Source: a bacterium
Lineage (GTDB): Bacteria; Zhuqueibacterota; Zhuqueibacteria; Residuimicrobiales; Krinioviventaceae
NCBI GenBank assembly: GCA_963675755.2
Contig: CAXXMD010000003.1
Span: 640,001 to 704,000 of the forward strand
DNA length: 64,000 nucleotides
Direction of reading: 5' to 3'
Shown here: positions 28,028-39,057 of the stretch, piece after piece
Layout: each line of letters opens with the position of its first letter
How positions within the stretch are numbered: position 1 is the first letter of the stretch
Made by a program: the position numbers and the translations under genes
The notes under the pieces: model-generated
Database searches by the model: none
What the model saw: only the letters and a program-made list of their open reading frames with translations
Told to the model about the DNA's origin: nothing

Positions 28028-31000
28028 ATGCTGAACCGAAAAATCCCCAAAACGATTATAATGCTGTTTCTGGTTTCATTCCTTTTTACTATTAAAATAT
28101 TTGCCGGTGATGTTGATTGCATATGGACATATAAATCACCTGATATTAATTTTGATGCGTCTGCGGCTATTGGAGATGTAGACCGTGATGGTAATTTGGA
28201 TATTGTGGTTGCAAGTTTGACCGGAGATGTAATAGCACTTGACGGTTATGGACGCGAAATCTGGAAAACCGTTATGGGTAAAAGAATTACCATTGCACCT
28301 ACCCTTGTGGATGTTACAGGAGATACAGGCCTGGAAGTGCTGATATTAACCCATGAAGGCAGACTCTGCTGCCTGAATAGCCTGACCGGTGAACTGGTTT
28401 GGGAAAACAATATGCTTGAAACAATTAAATGGGCATGCATGACTGTGGTCGCCTCTGATATAGATCAGGACGGCAATATTGAAATTATTACTGCTGATGA
28501 AAAAGGGACACTTTTATGTCTTGACGGCAGCGGCAAATTAATGTGGAAGTATGTTGAAAAGGAAGGTATTGGAGCTGCTCCGGCAGTTGGCGATATTGAT
28601 GGTGATGAAAAGTCTGAGATTATTATTGCATCAGAAGATACACCCCTTATTTGCCTTGACTATGAGGGAAACGTAATATGGCGTTTTAGACCCGAAGGAG
28701 ATATCCTCAATTCTGGCCGAAAAAGCGAGGTTTCCGCACCCGTCATCTGGGACATTGATGGAGACAAGAATGCAGAAATCCTCACAGGAATGGGATATAA
28801 TCTTGCTGCTGTAAACAACAAGGGCAAGCTTTTATGGTCATATCCTATGAAAAACAGAATAGACAGTTCAATTTCCGTTGCTGATGCCGACAAAGATGGA
28901 GATGTTGAAATTTACGCGGGTGATTTATCCGGAAACTTTATATGCGTAACCCAAGATGGAAAATTAAAATGGTCAGATAAGCTGGAACGTCGGGCACGGC
29001 GCTCACCGGCAATTGCAGACATTGACGGTGATGGAAGCATTGAAGTCATTGTTGCCGGCTATGGAAGTAAAATGAATATCTATAGTTGTACCGGAGAACT
29101 GGAAAACGACCTTATACTAAAAGGTGGTACAAATGCAGCTCCAGTCGTTGCGGACCTTTGGGGTGACGGTGGATTATGTATTGTGGTTCCGGTAATTAAT
29201 GGTAACCTGATAGCGTATCGATGGGAACCGGTTATTAGTGATCCTCAGGTACTTTGGGCGGAATATCGTACCTGGCCTTCCAGATCCGCAGGAGAATTTT
29301 GCCAGAATACACGTAAAAACAGTAAAAAAGCGCGTCCTGTAAAAATGACTGATACTGAAAAACAAAAATTTGCAGATGATTTATCACATCTTTTAAAAAT
29401 AGAGGATGAAATATATCAACTATTACCCAAATTGCCTGACAGCCGGGGAATAACAGAACGCGTGTATTACTTGAGTGCGGCTATCGAAAAATCTAAAAAA
29501 TCGGTCAAGGATGTTTCCAAACTTGAACCAATCAAAAGACGAGAATTGCGAGACAATTTATCTGACTGGACGAAAGAGTTTGAAAATCAGTTAACAATAA
29601 TAAATCTTGTTACCGAAAAAAATGAAATTCTATGTGCCAATGCGGCTAATCCATGGACACCCTTTGTTGGAATGGATGAACTTGCTAAAGGCCGTACATC
29701 AGAATCAAACCTGTCTGTTGAAGCGTTCCAGGGAGAATTTGAATCAGCCGCAGTAAATTTGTTTAATTTCAGCGGCAGCGCGCGTACGCTTCGTGTCATG
29801 TTTGATGAATTTTCTGCTCCAACAGGATCAGATGCTGTTTCAACTGATGATGTATTTACTTTGCGGGAAGTTGTTAGCGTACCCACACAGGATTCTGACC
29901 TTTCTGCTGACCCGCTTCCCGAGTTGAATACGGGAAACCTGATTGTTGTTCCCGCCTGGGACGCAAGACAACTGTGGATCACCGTCAATACAACCAAACT
30001 CACACCCGGCACCTGGAAAGCCAAAATACATTTAAAAAGCCTTGATGTCCAATTTGTTGAAACCACTGTTGAATTAAATATTAAAATTTGGGATGTTCCT
30101 CTGCCTAAAGAGAAACCTTTGCATTTGTGTAACTGGAGTAGAACCGAGTACCCGAATGGCACCTTTGAAGACCAGCTTGCACATGGTGTTGACCTTTTCC
30201 CACGTACGGTTCCTGCAACAGCAACATTTGACGAGTCAGGAGAAATTACAAATATTGATTATACTGAACATGATAAATTCATGGCCAAACATGCGCCACA
30301 CGGTATCGCTCTTTTTCACAGCTTTGTAAAACTGAATGGTCCATCCCCTGCTTTTTCGGATCCATGGATAAAAGCGTATAAAAGTTTTATTCCCCAATGG
30401 GTTGAACATTTAAAAGACCTGGGGTATGGATATGATAAATTTGTCTTTTATCCCCAGGATGAACCCGGACTTGAGCATGGTAAAAATGTAGCCAACTTTT
30501 TGAAATGGGCAAAATTGGTCCGCAGTATTGACAAGAACATCCTGATTTATGCGAATCCTGTTCAGCATATTACCATGGAACAACTCGGAGAAATTGCGCC
30601 ATATGTTGATATCTGGGCGCCTTTATCAACAATGACTTTCCCAAAAGAACAATTGGATTTCATTCACTCTACCAACAAACAATTCTGGAATTATAATTGT
30701 TCAGACAATGGCAAGAAATTGTCCCCGTTGAATTATTACCGCGGACAAGCCTGGATGTGCTGGGATTTTGGACATACCGGTATAGGATTCTGGACCTATT
30801 TTTCCACACCCAAAACCTGGTTTCAACCGGAAGCAGGTTTTGAATACGATATGGTTTATGATGGAAAAGGCGTTGTTACCAGCAAACGTTGGGAAGCCGT
30901 TCGTGACGGTGTAGAAGATTATTCACTATTATATGCGCTCAGAATTGCTACAGAGTCCGCAGAACAAAACAATGCTCCAAAAGAGCTGATAGAAAAAGCA

Positions 31001-31159
31001 CGTCACGTCTATATTGATAAAGCGGCTATCATTGCAGGGTTTTATAAAAAGCATAAAAATAATATAATTATTGACGGATACGATGATGATGCAAAATGGG
31101 CGGAAATCACAAATATCCGTAGAGATATTGCAGAATTGCTCTCTGAACTGTCAGATTAA
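28028..31159 (+). CDS. FG-GAP/PQQ-like beta-propeller fused to a GH123/DUF4091-like glycoside hydrolase domain
   Basis: Repeated GD.D.DG..EII and G...W motifs at the N-terminus. C-terminal A.QGEFES, YPQDEP, VDIW.P, W.Y.C, G.GFWTY, SKRWEAVRDGVEDY. Confidence 0.75.
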   Translation: MLNRKIPKTIIMLFLVSFLFTIKIFAGDVDCIWTYKSPDINFDASAAIGDVDRDGNLDIVVASLTGDVIALDGYGREIWKTVMGKRITIAPTLVDVTGDTGLEVLILTHEGRLCCLNSLTGELVWENNMLETIKWACMTVVASDIDQDGNIEIITADEKGTLLCLDGSGKLMWKYVEKEGIGAAPAVGDIDGDEKSEIIIASEDTPLICLDYEGNVIWRFRPEGDILNSGRKSEVSAPVIWDIDGDKNAEILTGMGYNLAAVNNKGKLLWSYPMKNRIDSSISVADADKDGDVEIYAGDLSGNFICVTQDGKLKWSDKLERRARRSPAIADIDGDGSIEVIVAGYGSKMNIYSCTGELENDLILKGGTNAAPVVADLWGDGGLCIVVPVINGNLIAYRWEPVISDPQVLWAEYRTWPSRSAGEFCQNTRKNSKKARPVKMTDTEKQKFADDLSHLLKIEDEIYQLLPKLPDSRGITERVYYLSAAIEKSKKSVKDVSKLEPIKRRELRDNLSDWTKEFENQLTIINLVTEKNEILCANAANPWTPFVGMDELAKGRTSESNLSVEAFQGEFESAAVNLFNFSGSARTLRVMFDEFSAPTGSDAVSTDDVFTLREVVSVPTQDSDLSADPLPELNTGNLIVVPAWDARQLWITVNTTKLTPGTWKAKIHLKSLDVQFVETTVELNIKIWDVPLPKEKPLHLCNWSRTEYPNGTFEDQLAHGVDLFPRTVPATATFDESGEITNIDYTEHDKFMAKHAPHGIALFHSFVKLNGPSPAFSDPWIKAYKSFIPQWVEHLKDLGYGYDKFVFYPQDEPGLEHGKNVANFLKWAKLVRSIDKNILIYANPVQHITMEQLGEIAPYVDIWAPLSTMTFPKEQLDFIHSTNKQFWNYNCSDNGKKLSPLNYYRGQAWMCWDFGHTGIGFWTYFSTPKTWFQPEAGFEYDMVYDGKGVVTSKRWEAVRDGVEDYSLLYALRIATESAEQNNAPKELIEKARHVYIDKAAIIAGFYKKHKNNIIIDGYDDDAKWAEITNIRRDIAELLSELSD

Positions 31160-31274
31160 TTTTGCCTGAACCAATTAGACCGGTAAAAAATCTCAAACAA
31201 ATGGTAACAATTTGCCAAGCATATATATTTGAGACACACAATAGCCGGGTCTGTATTTTACAGACTAGTGTTTC

Positions 31275-31303
31275 AAAAGCCCCTGATAATCACAGGGGCT
31301 TTT
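31275..31303. terminator. Bidirectional intrinsic terminator
   Basis: AAAAGCCCCTG-ataatca-CAGGGGCTTTT between convergent genes. Confidence 0.85.
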
Positions 31304-34300
31304 ATTTCGCAAGTACCATCTTACCGGTTGCGTTGTATTCACCTGCCTGGATTCTATATAAATAAATTCCTGTTGAGTATTGCAAAGCATTCCAGACAAT
31401 CCTGTGTCGGCCAGTTACCATCAATTCTTCAGCCAACTCCTCCATTAACTGGCCGGCAATATTATACACTGATATTTTTACATAACACGCTTTGGGTAAA
31501 TCAAAAATAATATAGGTTTCAGGGTTAAAAGGATTTGGATAATTCGGCAACAATTCAAATCTGTCCGGCAACTCTGTGCTCATGTTAGATGTAATATCTG
31601 TATCAATCCGGGTTATCAATTCATCAACAATTGAAAGTCCATTCACCTGGTATACATTTGGTGAACCTTCCTCAAAAACAACATTGGCCATAAACTCTTG
31701 ATTTTCAGATTTGGACCATACACAAAACCTCAACGTGTCTCCAACAATAAATCCATCAGGGTCTTCTGTTTGTTGGTTATCACCCCATACCGTGATAGCC
31801 AGATTAGCACCTTCCCAAACTGCAGCACCACAACATATTTGCTCTGAATTCAAAACACCTATTTCATCACCGTTTTGCAGCAGCGTTCCGTCTGCATATT
31901 TTGGCGGCTTTTCATATGTAATCACAACTGTTGCATTTTCACCTGTGTTTGAAACAAATTCAAAATGCTCAGGAGGTGTTGTTTCCGCGTGATGAAGAAT
32001 TTTATCTTTTCTCATCTTTCCATGAGGATACACCAGACTTTCAGGTGCGTTCAGATATAATTGATACCCCTGACCGGGGACCATTTCACCGATATCATTT
32101 ATATTATATAATGGGATATATACCTGACCAAAATTATTTTTCGCTATTACCAGATGGTCTGCTATACTTGCCAATGCCGTAGCAGCATTCAAGGGAAGCG
32201 TTGGCAGGTAACTGACCATTGACCAGCCCGCATTCAATAAAATAGATGTACCGGGATCTATCCAGGCGCCACAGAATTCTAATGATGCATTTTGGTTCAA
32301 ATAAATCTGATAACCCTGATCAAATGCGATATCGCCTATATCATTAATATTATATTGGGGTATAAAGGTTTGACCCGTTCCTGATTTGATCAGTACAATC
32401 TGATCAACTATGGGTTCCATACAAACGCCTATATCCGGATCTTCAGGTTCCACATTTATGGAGAACATATTCCAGCCGCTTGCAAAATCCACACTCATAC
32501 AAAAACCTTCAATTACATCAAATTTATTCAAAACCATAAACGCATTTGCAGAATACATTCCAGTTCCCGTTTCGTATCCAACGGAAACAGTGCCCCATTC
32601 AGCATTGGCATCCAATCGTAAAACCCGGTAATAAATACGTTCCCCGGCTTGAAATCCATCAACAATCCCGGGAGTTTGCTCATTGTCTCCCCAGACAGTA
32701 ATGGATAGATTCTCACCCTGCCATTGTTTCCAGCCACAACATAATGCCGAGGGAGTGAATACTCCAATATAATCTCCATTCTGCAGCGGCTCGCCGTCAA
32801 TATTGGGATTAGCCGTAAGAGGCAGCACAACTGTAGCATAATTCCCTGTATTTGCTGAAAACTGCCAATGGTCTGGCAAGGTCATGCTTTGTTTGGCAAT
32901 TGAAACTGAAACATTTGCATTCCCGCCATTAGATGTAACGGCTAATATGCCGTCATCACTCTCGCCCGCCAATTGATCACGATCTACATTAACAGTTACT
33001 GTAGCAGTATTGCTGCCGGAAGAAGGAGATATATTGGTTATCCAGGCTTTTTCAGGATTTTCAACAACATCCCAACTCAAAGTACCATTACCACTATTAC
33101 TAATTTCAAAAGTCATACTCGAGTTATCAAGGCCAAAATCCAGTTCCAAGGGTGTAACACTGAGAACCGGATTTTCTTCAACAACTCCGGTACCAGACAT
33201 TTTCACCTGATAAGGATTCTCATCGGGATCATTACTAATAACATCTATTCTTAAATATTTTGTGCCTGCACTGGTTGGTGAAAAACGTACAACCAGCTGC
33301 TCTGTTGCTCCGGGTGCCAGTGTATTACTTTCACCTCCACTGGTAACACTGAATTGTGTTATATCACCAGTTACCTGAACATCGGAAATATTTAAACTGG
33401 CATCACCTTCATTTTTTATGGTAAATTCTTTATCTGCAAAACCTCCCACACTAATTGAACCATAATCCCAGTCATCCGGAATCACAACAATATCAGGCTC
33501 TGTAGTTTCATCTTCACCGGCAGTCATTAAAACTCCAAAGCTAAAAGGAGCCGTGCCCCATGAATAAATATTGGGTGTAATGGCATCCAGCTTTGTTGCT
33601 TCCTGCGGCCAAAAAGCATTATAATACATGGGATCATAATCATAAACAAAAACAAGAATCCCGATTTTGTATTCTTTTGTTGTCTGCAAAGGACTGGATG
33701 ACATATCGATTCGGGTTTCATACTGAACGTGACCGGAGGCAATGGATATACCCGGGGTAACGCCAGCAGGATCAATAATATTGGTTTCCAGTTTAATGTC
33801 ATCAGGCCAGTAACCATATCGCCCGCCGTATACACTAAAAGCTTTTCCTTCATCTTTATCCCAGGCTGTCCAAATAAATCCTTCTCCGCTAGGACTCAGT
33901 GAAGGCCATTCCTGGTCAAAATTCTCGTCGAAAATAAAAGCAAACTGGTCCAGATCTTCCAGGCTGTTGTCAGTCACATCATCCACTGCCAGATAGAGGT
34001 ATTGTTTATCATTCATAACATATAGAATAATATCCTTGGCGCTTCCGGGATACGCAATATTGGTTTTTATGGCGTTAGCCCACTCGTCCAACTTTATCAA
34101 TCCATCAATATTGGGAGTTTTATCAGCCCAACCGGCCTCTATGGTATAGCCATCAGTCAGTGGTGTAGCATTCGCTATATTTGAGAAACCGCTCTCTCCG
34201 CTATCATATACTGCTGTTATCTTGTAATAAAACGTTTGAACTCTGGATACAGATTCATCCAGGTAATATTGTCGTGACACATTACTGGCTATTTTAGTAT

Positions 34301-35423
34301 ATGACCCACCCGATGTTTCACTCCGGTAAACATTATACCCTTTTAATGCGGTAACAACAGGCAATTCTATTTGGCGATTTTCAGGCTGTTCCAGTAACAT
34401 GGATTGCAGAATACTGGTATAGCCGGGTATGGATTTTTGCTGCCTGAACATAACAGCATCTGCCTGAGGAGGATGAATTTCATGGATTTGTTTATTCACA
34501 GAAACAGGTCGTCTTGCCTCAGCCGGCTCGTTCCAGGCAAGCGGTACCCGTCCATGATATCCGCTGAGAGCAACCAGATCGTTAGGCGGATTTTCTTCGG
34601 GAGTTGTTGCACCTTCATAGGTAACAGATCGCACAAATGAAATTGCATTATCATGCGTTGCACCGGTTGCATTACAGTAATGGATATCTGCCCATTGCAA
34701 ACTGGTAGAATATGTGTCATAGAATGCATAGCGTAAAGTACTGCGATCGAACCCTACAAGTGCCACCCAGTGATCTCCACTACGATCTTCATCAGTATCA
34801 ATGGTTAAAAAAATGGTAACACCCGCGCTCAATTTATCTTCCACAAAATCACAAAAGTCACTTGCGTCAATATCCCATGTACCATCAGAGTAATTCCGCC
34901 AGAAATACCCGTCGTTCAGCCACGAATCTCCAAATGCACCATAATCGTTCAACCAATCTGAAGCACTCGAGTTTGGATCATAGGAAGGAGAAGCATGTAC
35001 AACCACCTTTACCTGAAAACCCCTGTCAGTGGCATAATTCTCCAAACCGGGCTCAATGTTATATACCGAACCAAATCCATTACTGCCGGTATTCATGTAC
35101 TGGCTGCCATGTAATACCCAAGCGGTATTTAATCCTTCATCCACACCAACAACAGGATTGGTCAACAGTCCATTTACAGTTAAACTGTTTATATGATCAA
35201 AATACCCGAAAATCATGGCACCCGTTGTGGGTCCGCAGCCTACAAACGCATTACTCTGTTTGTAAGCAGTCGTGTTGTACGGATAGGCTGGAAAATCTGA
35301 AAAATTGCTAATGTAAACAGGCGCAGCCATTAAAGAAACAGTCAGAAAACAAAAAATTGATAAAACCATCAGGGATTTATCCCTGTAACGCTTTAACAGA
35401 CTATTCATTTTGCTATCCCTCAA
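31302..35423 (-). CDS. Secreted modular papain-like (C39/C10-like) cysteine peptidase with FN3, CBM9-like, Ig-like/BACON domains and T9SS C-terminal domain
   Basis: GCGPTTGAMIFGY, DHWVALVGFD, YDT triad, GYNVYRS FN3, P.IDG....EW, FTIKNEG...L, ISNSGNGTLSW, duplicated NTG.NATV..GD.IGV..CCG..W.G module, NYPNPFNP...KMVLAK. Confidence 0.8.
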   Translation of the reverse strand: MRDSKMNSLLKRYRDKSLMVLSIFCFLTVSLMAAPVYISNFSDFPAYPYNTTAYKQSNAFVGCGPTTGAMIFGYFDHINSLTVNGLLTNPVVGVDEGLNTAWVLHGSQYMNTGSNGFGSVYNIEPGLENYATDRGFQVKVVVHASPSYDPNSSASDWLNDYGAFGDSWLNDGYFWRNYSDGTWDIDASDFCDFVEDKLSAGVTIFLTIDTDEDRSGDHWVALVGFDRSTLRYAFYDTYSTSLQWADIHYCNATGATHDNAISFVRSVTYEGATTPEENPPNDLVALSGYHGRVPLAWNEPAEARRPVSVNKQIHEIHPPQADAVMFRQQKSIPGYTSILQSMLLEQPENRQIELPVVTALKGYNVYRSETSGGSYTKIASNVSRQYYLDESVSRVQTFYYKITAVYDSGESGFSNIANATPLTDGYTIEAGWADKTPNIDGLIKLDEWANAIKTNIAYPGSAKDIILYVMNDKQYLYLAVDDVTDNSLEDLDQFAFIFDENFDQEWPSLSPSGEGFIWTAWDKDEGKAFSVYGGRYGYWPDDIKLETNIIDPAGVTPGISIASGHVQYETRIDMSSSPLQTTKEYKIGILVFVYDYDPMYYNAFWPQEATKLDAITPNIYSWGTAPFSFGVLMTAGEDETTEPDIVVIPDDWDYGSISVGGFADKEFTIKNEGDASLNISDVQVTGDITQFSVTSGGESNTLAPGATEQLVVRFSPTSAGTKYLRIDVISNDPDENPYQVKMSGTGVVEENPVLSVTPLELDFGLDNSSMTFEISNSGNGTLSWDVVENPEKAWITNISPSSGSNTATVTVNVDRDQLAGESDDGILAVTSNGGNANVSVSIAKQSMTLPDHWQFSANTGNYATVVLPLTANPNIDGEPLQNGDYIGVFTPSALCCGWKQWQGENLSITVWGDNEQTPGIVDGFQAGERIYYRVLRLDANAEWGTVSVGYETGTGMYSANAFMVLNKFDVIEGFCMSVDFASGWNMFSINVEPEDPDIGVCMEPIVDQIVLIKSGTGQTFIPQYNINDIGDIAFDQGYQIYLNQNASLEFCGAWIDPGTSILLNAGWSMVSYLPTLPLNAATALASIADHLVIAKNNFGQVYIPLYNINDIGEMVPGQGYQLYLNAPESLVYPHGKMRKDKILHHAETTPPEHFEFVSNTGENATVVITYEKPPKYADGTLLQNGDEIGVLNSEQICCGAAVWEGANLAITVWGDNQQTEDPDGFIVGDTLRFCVWSKSENQEFMANVVFEEGSPNVYQVNGLSIVDELITRIDTDITSNMSTELPDRFELLPNYPNPFNPETYIIFDLPKACYVKISVYNIAGQLMEELAEELMVTGRHRIVWNALQYSTGIYLYRIQAGEYNATGKMVLAK

Positions 35424-35964
35424 ATTTTAATAGATAATCAAAATCATGTAAAATCTTAACTTTTCATATTGAGACTGTAAGGAATCGTAATTCTGGCTGC
35501 ATGAAGAAATGAAAGAATACTGCATCGAAAGGATTACAAGAGGACACTAGCGTTTTAGATACCAGTCTATTTAATTTAACAAACCTATATTATTTTATAT
35601 TCATCATTCATAATAATCGTGATCAATTTCTTTGAAATATATGTACAATAGGTATACTGTCTCCCTGGCTTGCAACATTCCCACCACCCGGAGGTTTTGG
35701 ATATGAAATGAACAAATTAAAACTGCTAAAACAATTTCAACACATAAAATTTCATTCTTTAGAAAAAATTATGTTTTCAATAAACCATGAATAAAGGAAT
35801 GTTAATTAAAACTTGCATGTTACAACAACTATATCAACTATAATAGTTTTTTGAAAAAAGTAAAGGAAACAATTTAAAAAAATATTATCTCAAAAACTGA
35901 ATCTCATTCATGCCAGATAGAAATCTTTTCTTTATCTCTACTGATTACAGTTAAATAATCACAC

Positions 35965-37359
35965 TTGAAATTAGGATTAATTTTGAATAGCGAAATTTTA
36001 AATAATAATATTATATCTAATGCATTACTTGATTTCATTCCTGCGGGAGTGATGATAATTGATGAAAAACAAAAAATCAGGTATGTCAACTCACAATTAA
36101 CTGAAATATTCGGGATAAAAAACAAAGATTTCTCATTGAACAAGCTGGATAATTCTTTAAAATGTATAAATTTTTCAAGTGACTTTGGAACCTGTGACAA
36201 ATTAGATATTTGTAAAATATGTAGTTTGCTAAAACCTAATATTGCCTTGATGAATACAAAACAAAAAAACACATCACACATTGTTTTGTATAATGGTGAT
36301 AACACAATTAATAAAGAATTACTGATAACGTCAAAAACATTGAGAATGGAAAGTGAAACGTTTGCATTGGTAATGGTTGAAGATGTTTCTAAAGTATCAC
36401 ATCTCAGACAACAATTGCATAAAAATAACGAAAATATGGGTATATGGGGCAATGATCCACAAATTATTGAATTGTGTAAAACTATAAAGTTACTGGCACA
36501 GGTAAACTTTCCTGTTTTAATATATGAAGAAAGCGGAACAGGCAAGGAACTCGTTGCCAGAGCAATTCATAATCAGGGATTAGGAAAACAAAAACCATTT
36601 ATTCCTGTAAATTGTGGTGCCATTCCAGATACGCTATTGGAAAGCGAACTATTTGGTTATGTAAAAGGAGCCTTTACCGGTGCATTACATGACAGAAAAG
36701 GACGATTTGCTATTGCTGACGGTGGTACACTTTTCCTTGATGAAATTGGAGATATATCTCCTTCAATGCAGGTAAAGCTGCTGCGAGTGATTCAGGAAGG
36801 AACCTTTGAACGGCTGGGGGATGAAAAAACTCAATCTGTTAAAATCCGAATCATTTGTGCCACGAATAAAGATCTGAAAAAAGAAATAGAAATGGCACGT
36901 TTCAGACAGGATCTCTATTACCGGATTAATGTATTTCCGGTAACAATTCCTCCTTTACGGGACAGGAAAAACGATATCCCGATTATTTCAAATTATTTAA
37001 TAAACATGTTATCAACTTTTAACAATAAAAAGCCAGGTATTTCAACTGATGCTTTAAAATGTCTGATGGAATTTGATTGGCCGGGAAATATCAGAGAATT
37101 GGAAAATGCTTTAAAATATGCAATAGTCAATTGCCACGGGGATGAAATACTTTTGAACCATCTACCCGATAATATAATAGAAAACATGCCAGGTTTATCA
37201 AAGAATAGAAAACGTACAAGAAAACGGAAATTAGATAAAACAGACGTTTTAAATGCCCTTGAAGAAATGCAATGGAACAAATTAGCCACAGCTAAAAGAC
37301 TGAGGGTATCAAGAGCTACTTTATACCGTTTTATTGATTATCATGATATTAATAAATAA
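35965..37359 (+). CDS. Sigma54-dependent transcriptional activator (PAS-like Cys-rich sensor, AAA+, Fis HTH)
   Basis: [51 protein letters not shown]. Confidence 0.95.
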   Translation: MKLGLILNSEILNNNIISNALLDFIPAGVMIIDEKQKIRYVNSQLTEIFGIKNKDFSLNKLDNSLKCINFSSDFGTCDKLDICKICSLLKPNIALMNTKQKNTSHIVLYNGDNTINKELLITSKTLRMESETFALVMVEDVSKVSHLRQQLHKNNENMGIWGNDPQIIELCKTIKLLAQVNFPVLIYEESGTGKELVARAIHNQGLGKQKPFIPVNCGAIPDTLLESELFGYVKGAFTGALHDRKGRFAIADGGTLFLDEIGDISPSMQVKLLRVIQEGTFERLGDEKTQSVKIRIICATNKDLKKEIEMARFRQDLYYRINVFPVTIPPLRDRKNDIPIISNYLINMLSTFNNKKPGISTDALKCLMEFDWPGNIRELENALKYAIVNCHGDEILLNHLPDNIIENMPGLSKNRKRTRKRKLDKTDVLNALEEMQWNKLATAKRLRVSRATLYRFIDYHDINK

Positions 37360-37476
37360 AACATGACAATCATTATTTCCTCGAATATAGATATAATCCT
37401 TTTGGTAAAAACCATTCATCATAAAAAAAATATAATAAAAAAACATTGGGTTAACTTTTCTGCAAAACATAAAAAA

Positions 37477-37509
37477 ACCTCTCTCACAATTTAAAATCAG
37501 GAGAGAGGT
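37477..37509. terminator. Hairpin between convergent genes
   Basis: ACCTCTCTC...GAGAGAGGT with an A-run on the left, which gives a U-tail on the minus strand. Confidence 0.55.
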
Positions 37510-37652
37510 CGCTTGATACATAAAAACATTGTAATAGATTCCAACTAGTAAATTTTTATTTTCCCACATTTAAAGAACAGATTGATTGATTATCAAAATT
37601 ACAGTTAATCGCTACATCTGAAATCAATAACCAATCTTGTACAATTCTTTGG

Positions 37653-38012
37653 CTATGCCAATAAAGTATGAGAATGAACTTTAAATTGTTTATCATACAT
37701 TGAGATGTTCAGCAACTGAAATTTTCCGAAAAATTTCTTGATATTATCAATTTTAATCAAATCAAAACCTGGCTTTTGATACTTTGTATCTTTTTTGGGT
37801 AAAGTAATATTGCCTTGATTGTTTTGGTCAACTTTTTCATATCTTAATGTTCTAGTATCCGTTTTGTACAAATTTTTCTTCACAGTTTCAGATACCTGGG
37901 ACTTTTGCTTATATGTTTTATGCTGTTTTGATGTAACACCTGATGCATAACCAGTTGTCATAAAGCACAATACAAATGCAAATACAATTAAACCGATTAA
38001 ATTTGTTTTCAT
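37653..38012 (-). CDS. Small basic secreted hypothetical protein
   Basis: GGAGG RBS, signal peptide MKTNLIGLIVFAFVLCFMTTGYA, Lys-rich. Confidence 0.75.
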   Translation of the reverse strand: MKTNLIGLIVFAFVLCFMTTGYASGVTSKQHKTYKQKSQVSETVKKNLYKTDTRTLRYEKVDQNNQGNITLPKKDTKYQKPGFDLIKIDNIKKFFGKFQLLNISMYDKQFKVHSHTLLA

Positions 38013-38060
38013 GATTACCTCCGTTTATGTTAGATTAACTGCCTTTTAATACCTCAATAG

Positions 38061-38075
38061 TCAATAGTCATGCCA
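38061..38075 (-). promoter_or_regulatory. Sigma54 -24/-12 promoter (TTGA variant)
   Basis: Minus strand TGGCAT-GACTA-TTGA, about 48 nt upstream of ATG 38012. Confidence 0.7.
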
Positions 38076-38459
38076 GATAATACTCTGAACACACAACAAC
38101 CTTTCTAGATCATAAAACAAATAAAAACAGTGTATTAAACGGATTCGCAAATTCGAACATAAAAAGGCAGTTGTGTCAATTAAAAAAATTAATGATACAG
38201 TAAATGATACATTCCAAAAATTTATAAAGAGACATAAATTTATAGATTCAAGTTTAAAATCTCAGCATGTGTTCTGAGGTTTTTAAAAAGCAGATATACT
38301 CCCAGTTAGAGCGAAATTTATCACGTATTTATTTTGGATGAGTAGGTGATTATTATTCAATTGTACAAAAAAATATGCTTATAATTACGCAGGATCAATT
38401 TTTAAATCACAGTTTAATAAATAAACATCTTTATGATAAACAGATTATATCCCCTAAAA

Positions 38460-38500
38460 AAAATCCTTTCTCCCGTAATCGATTTGGGAGAAAGGATTTT
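38460..38500 (-). terminator. Intrinsic terminator
   Basis: AAAATCCTTTCTCCC...GGGAGAAAGGATTTT just after the stop at 38517, with a U-tail on the minus strand. Confidence 0.85.
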
Positions 38501-38516
38501 CATTTTTTCATTTATT

Positions 38517-38993
38517 TTATTCCAAGGATGTTAATGTTGTAAAAACTCCACTGTCTTTATCATATTGTATATTGGCCCAGAATTCAGTATGAATAATATG
38601 GTCCACCTTTTCAAAAAAGATTTCAGGCTCTTCAATATTAATAGTAAGGTTCATTTCTGAAACAAATCTATCATCGCTCAAATATGCCAATGCTAAAAAT
38701 GCATGTGTACGAATCATCAATTGGGGATCATTCATAGACATTTTACCCAGTTTCTTTTTAAATGTATCCAAATCAGTTTCAGGATGTAGGGATTTGATCC
38801 TTACAATTTGGTAAATTGCATCATTCCTGAGACCAAGGTTATCTTTGTTATTCAGGTTTTCCTTTGCAGAATTCAACGCCATAGTAATACGTTTCTCAAG
38901 TTCGGGAGAATATTTTGTTTTTTCTTTAGCATATCCGGTTGCCAGGAATACAATAGATATGAGAAAAGAAACAATAATCTTTCGAGTTTTCAT
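38517..38993 (-). CDS. Small secreted HEAT-repeat-like helical protein
   Basis: AAGGAG RBS, signal peptide ending TGYA, L...N.GLRNDAI...L...D....IR..A.LAL pattern. Confidence 0.75.
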   Translation of the reverse strand: MKTRKIIVSFLISIVFLATGYAKEKTKYSPELEKRITMALNSAKENLNNKDNLGLRNDAIYQIVRIKSLHPETDLDTFKKKLGKMSMNDPQLMIRTHAFLALAYLSDDRFVSEMNLTINIEEPEIFFEKVDHIIHTEFWANIQYDKDSGVFTTLTSLE

Positions 38994-39042
38994 GATAAGC
39001 TCCTTTTATATTCATTAAATTTTGATGTCATTATATTGTAAA

Positions 39043-39057
39043 TCAATAGTCATACCA
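39043..39057 (-). promoter_or_regulatory. Sigma54 -24/-12 promoter (TTGA variant)
   Basis: Minus strand TGGTAT-GACTA-TTGA, 14/15 identical to 38061-38075 and at the same distance from its ATG. Confidence 0.7.

Noticed and set aside
35904-36545. 213-aa antisense ORF
   Set aside because: It is a shadow of the sigma54 activator gene.
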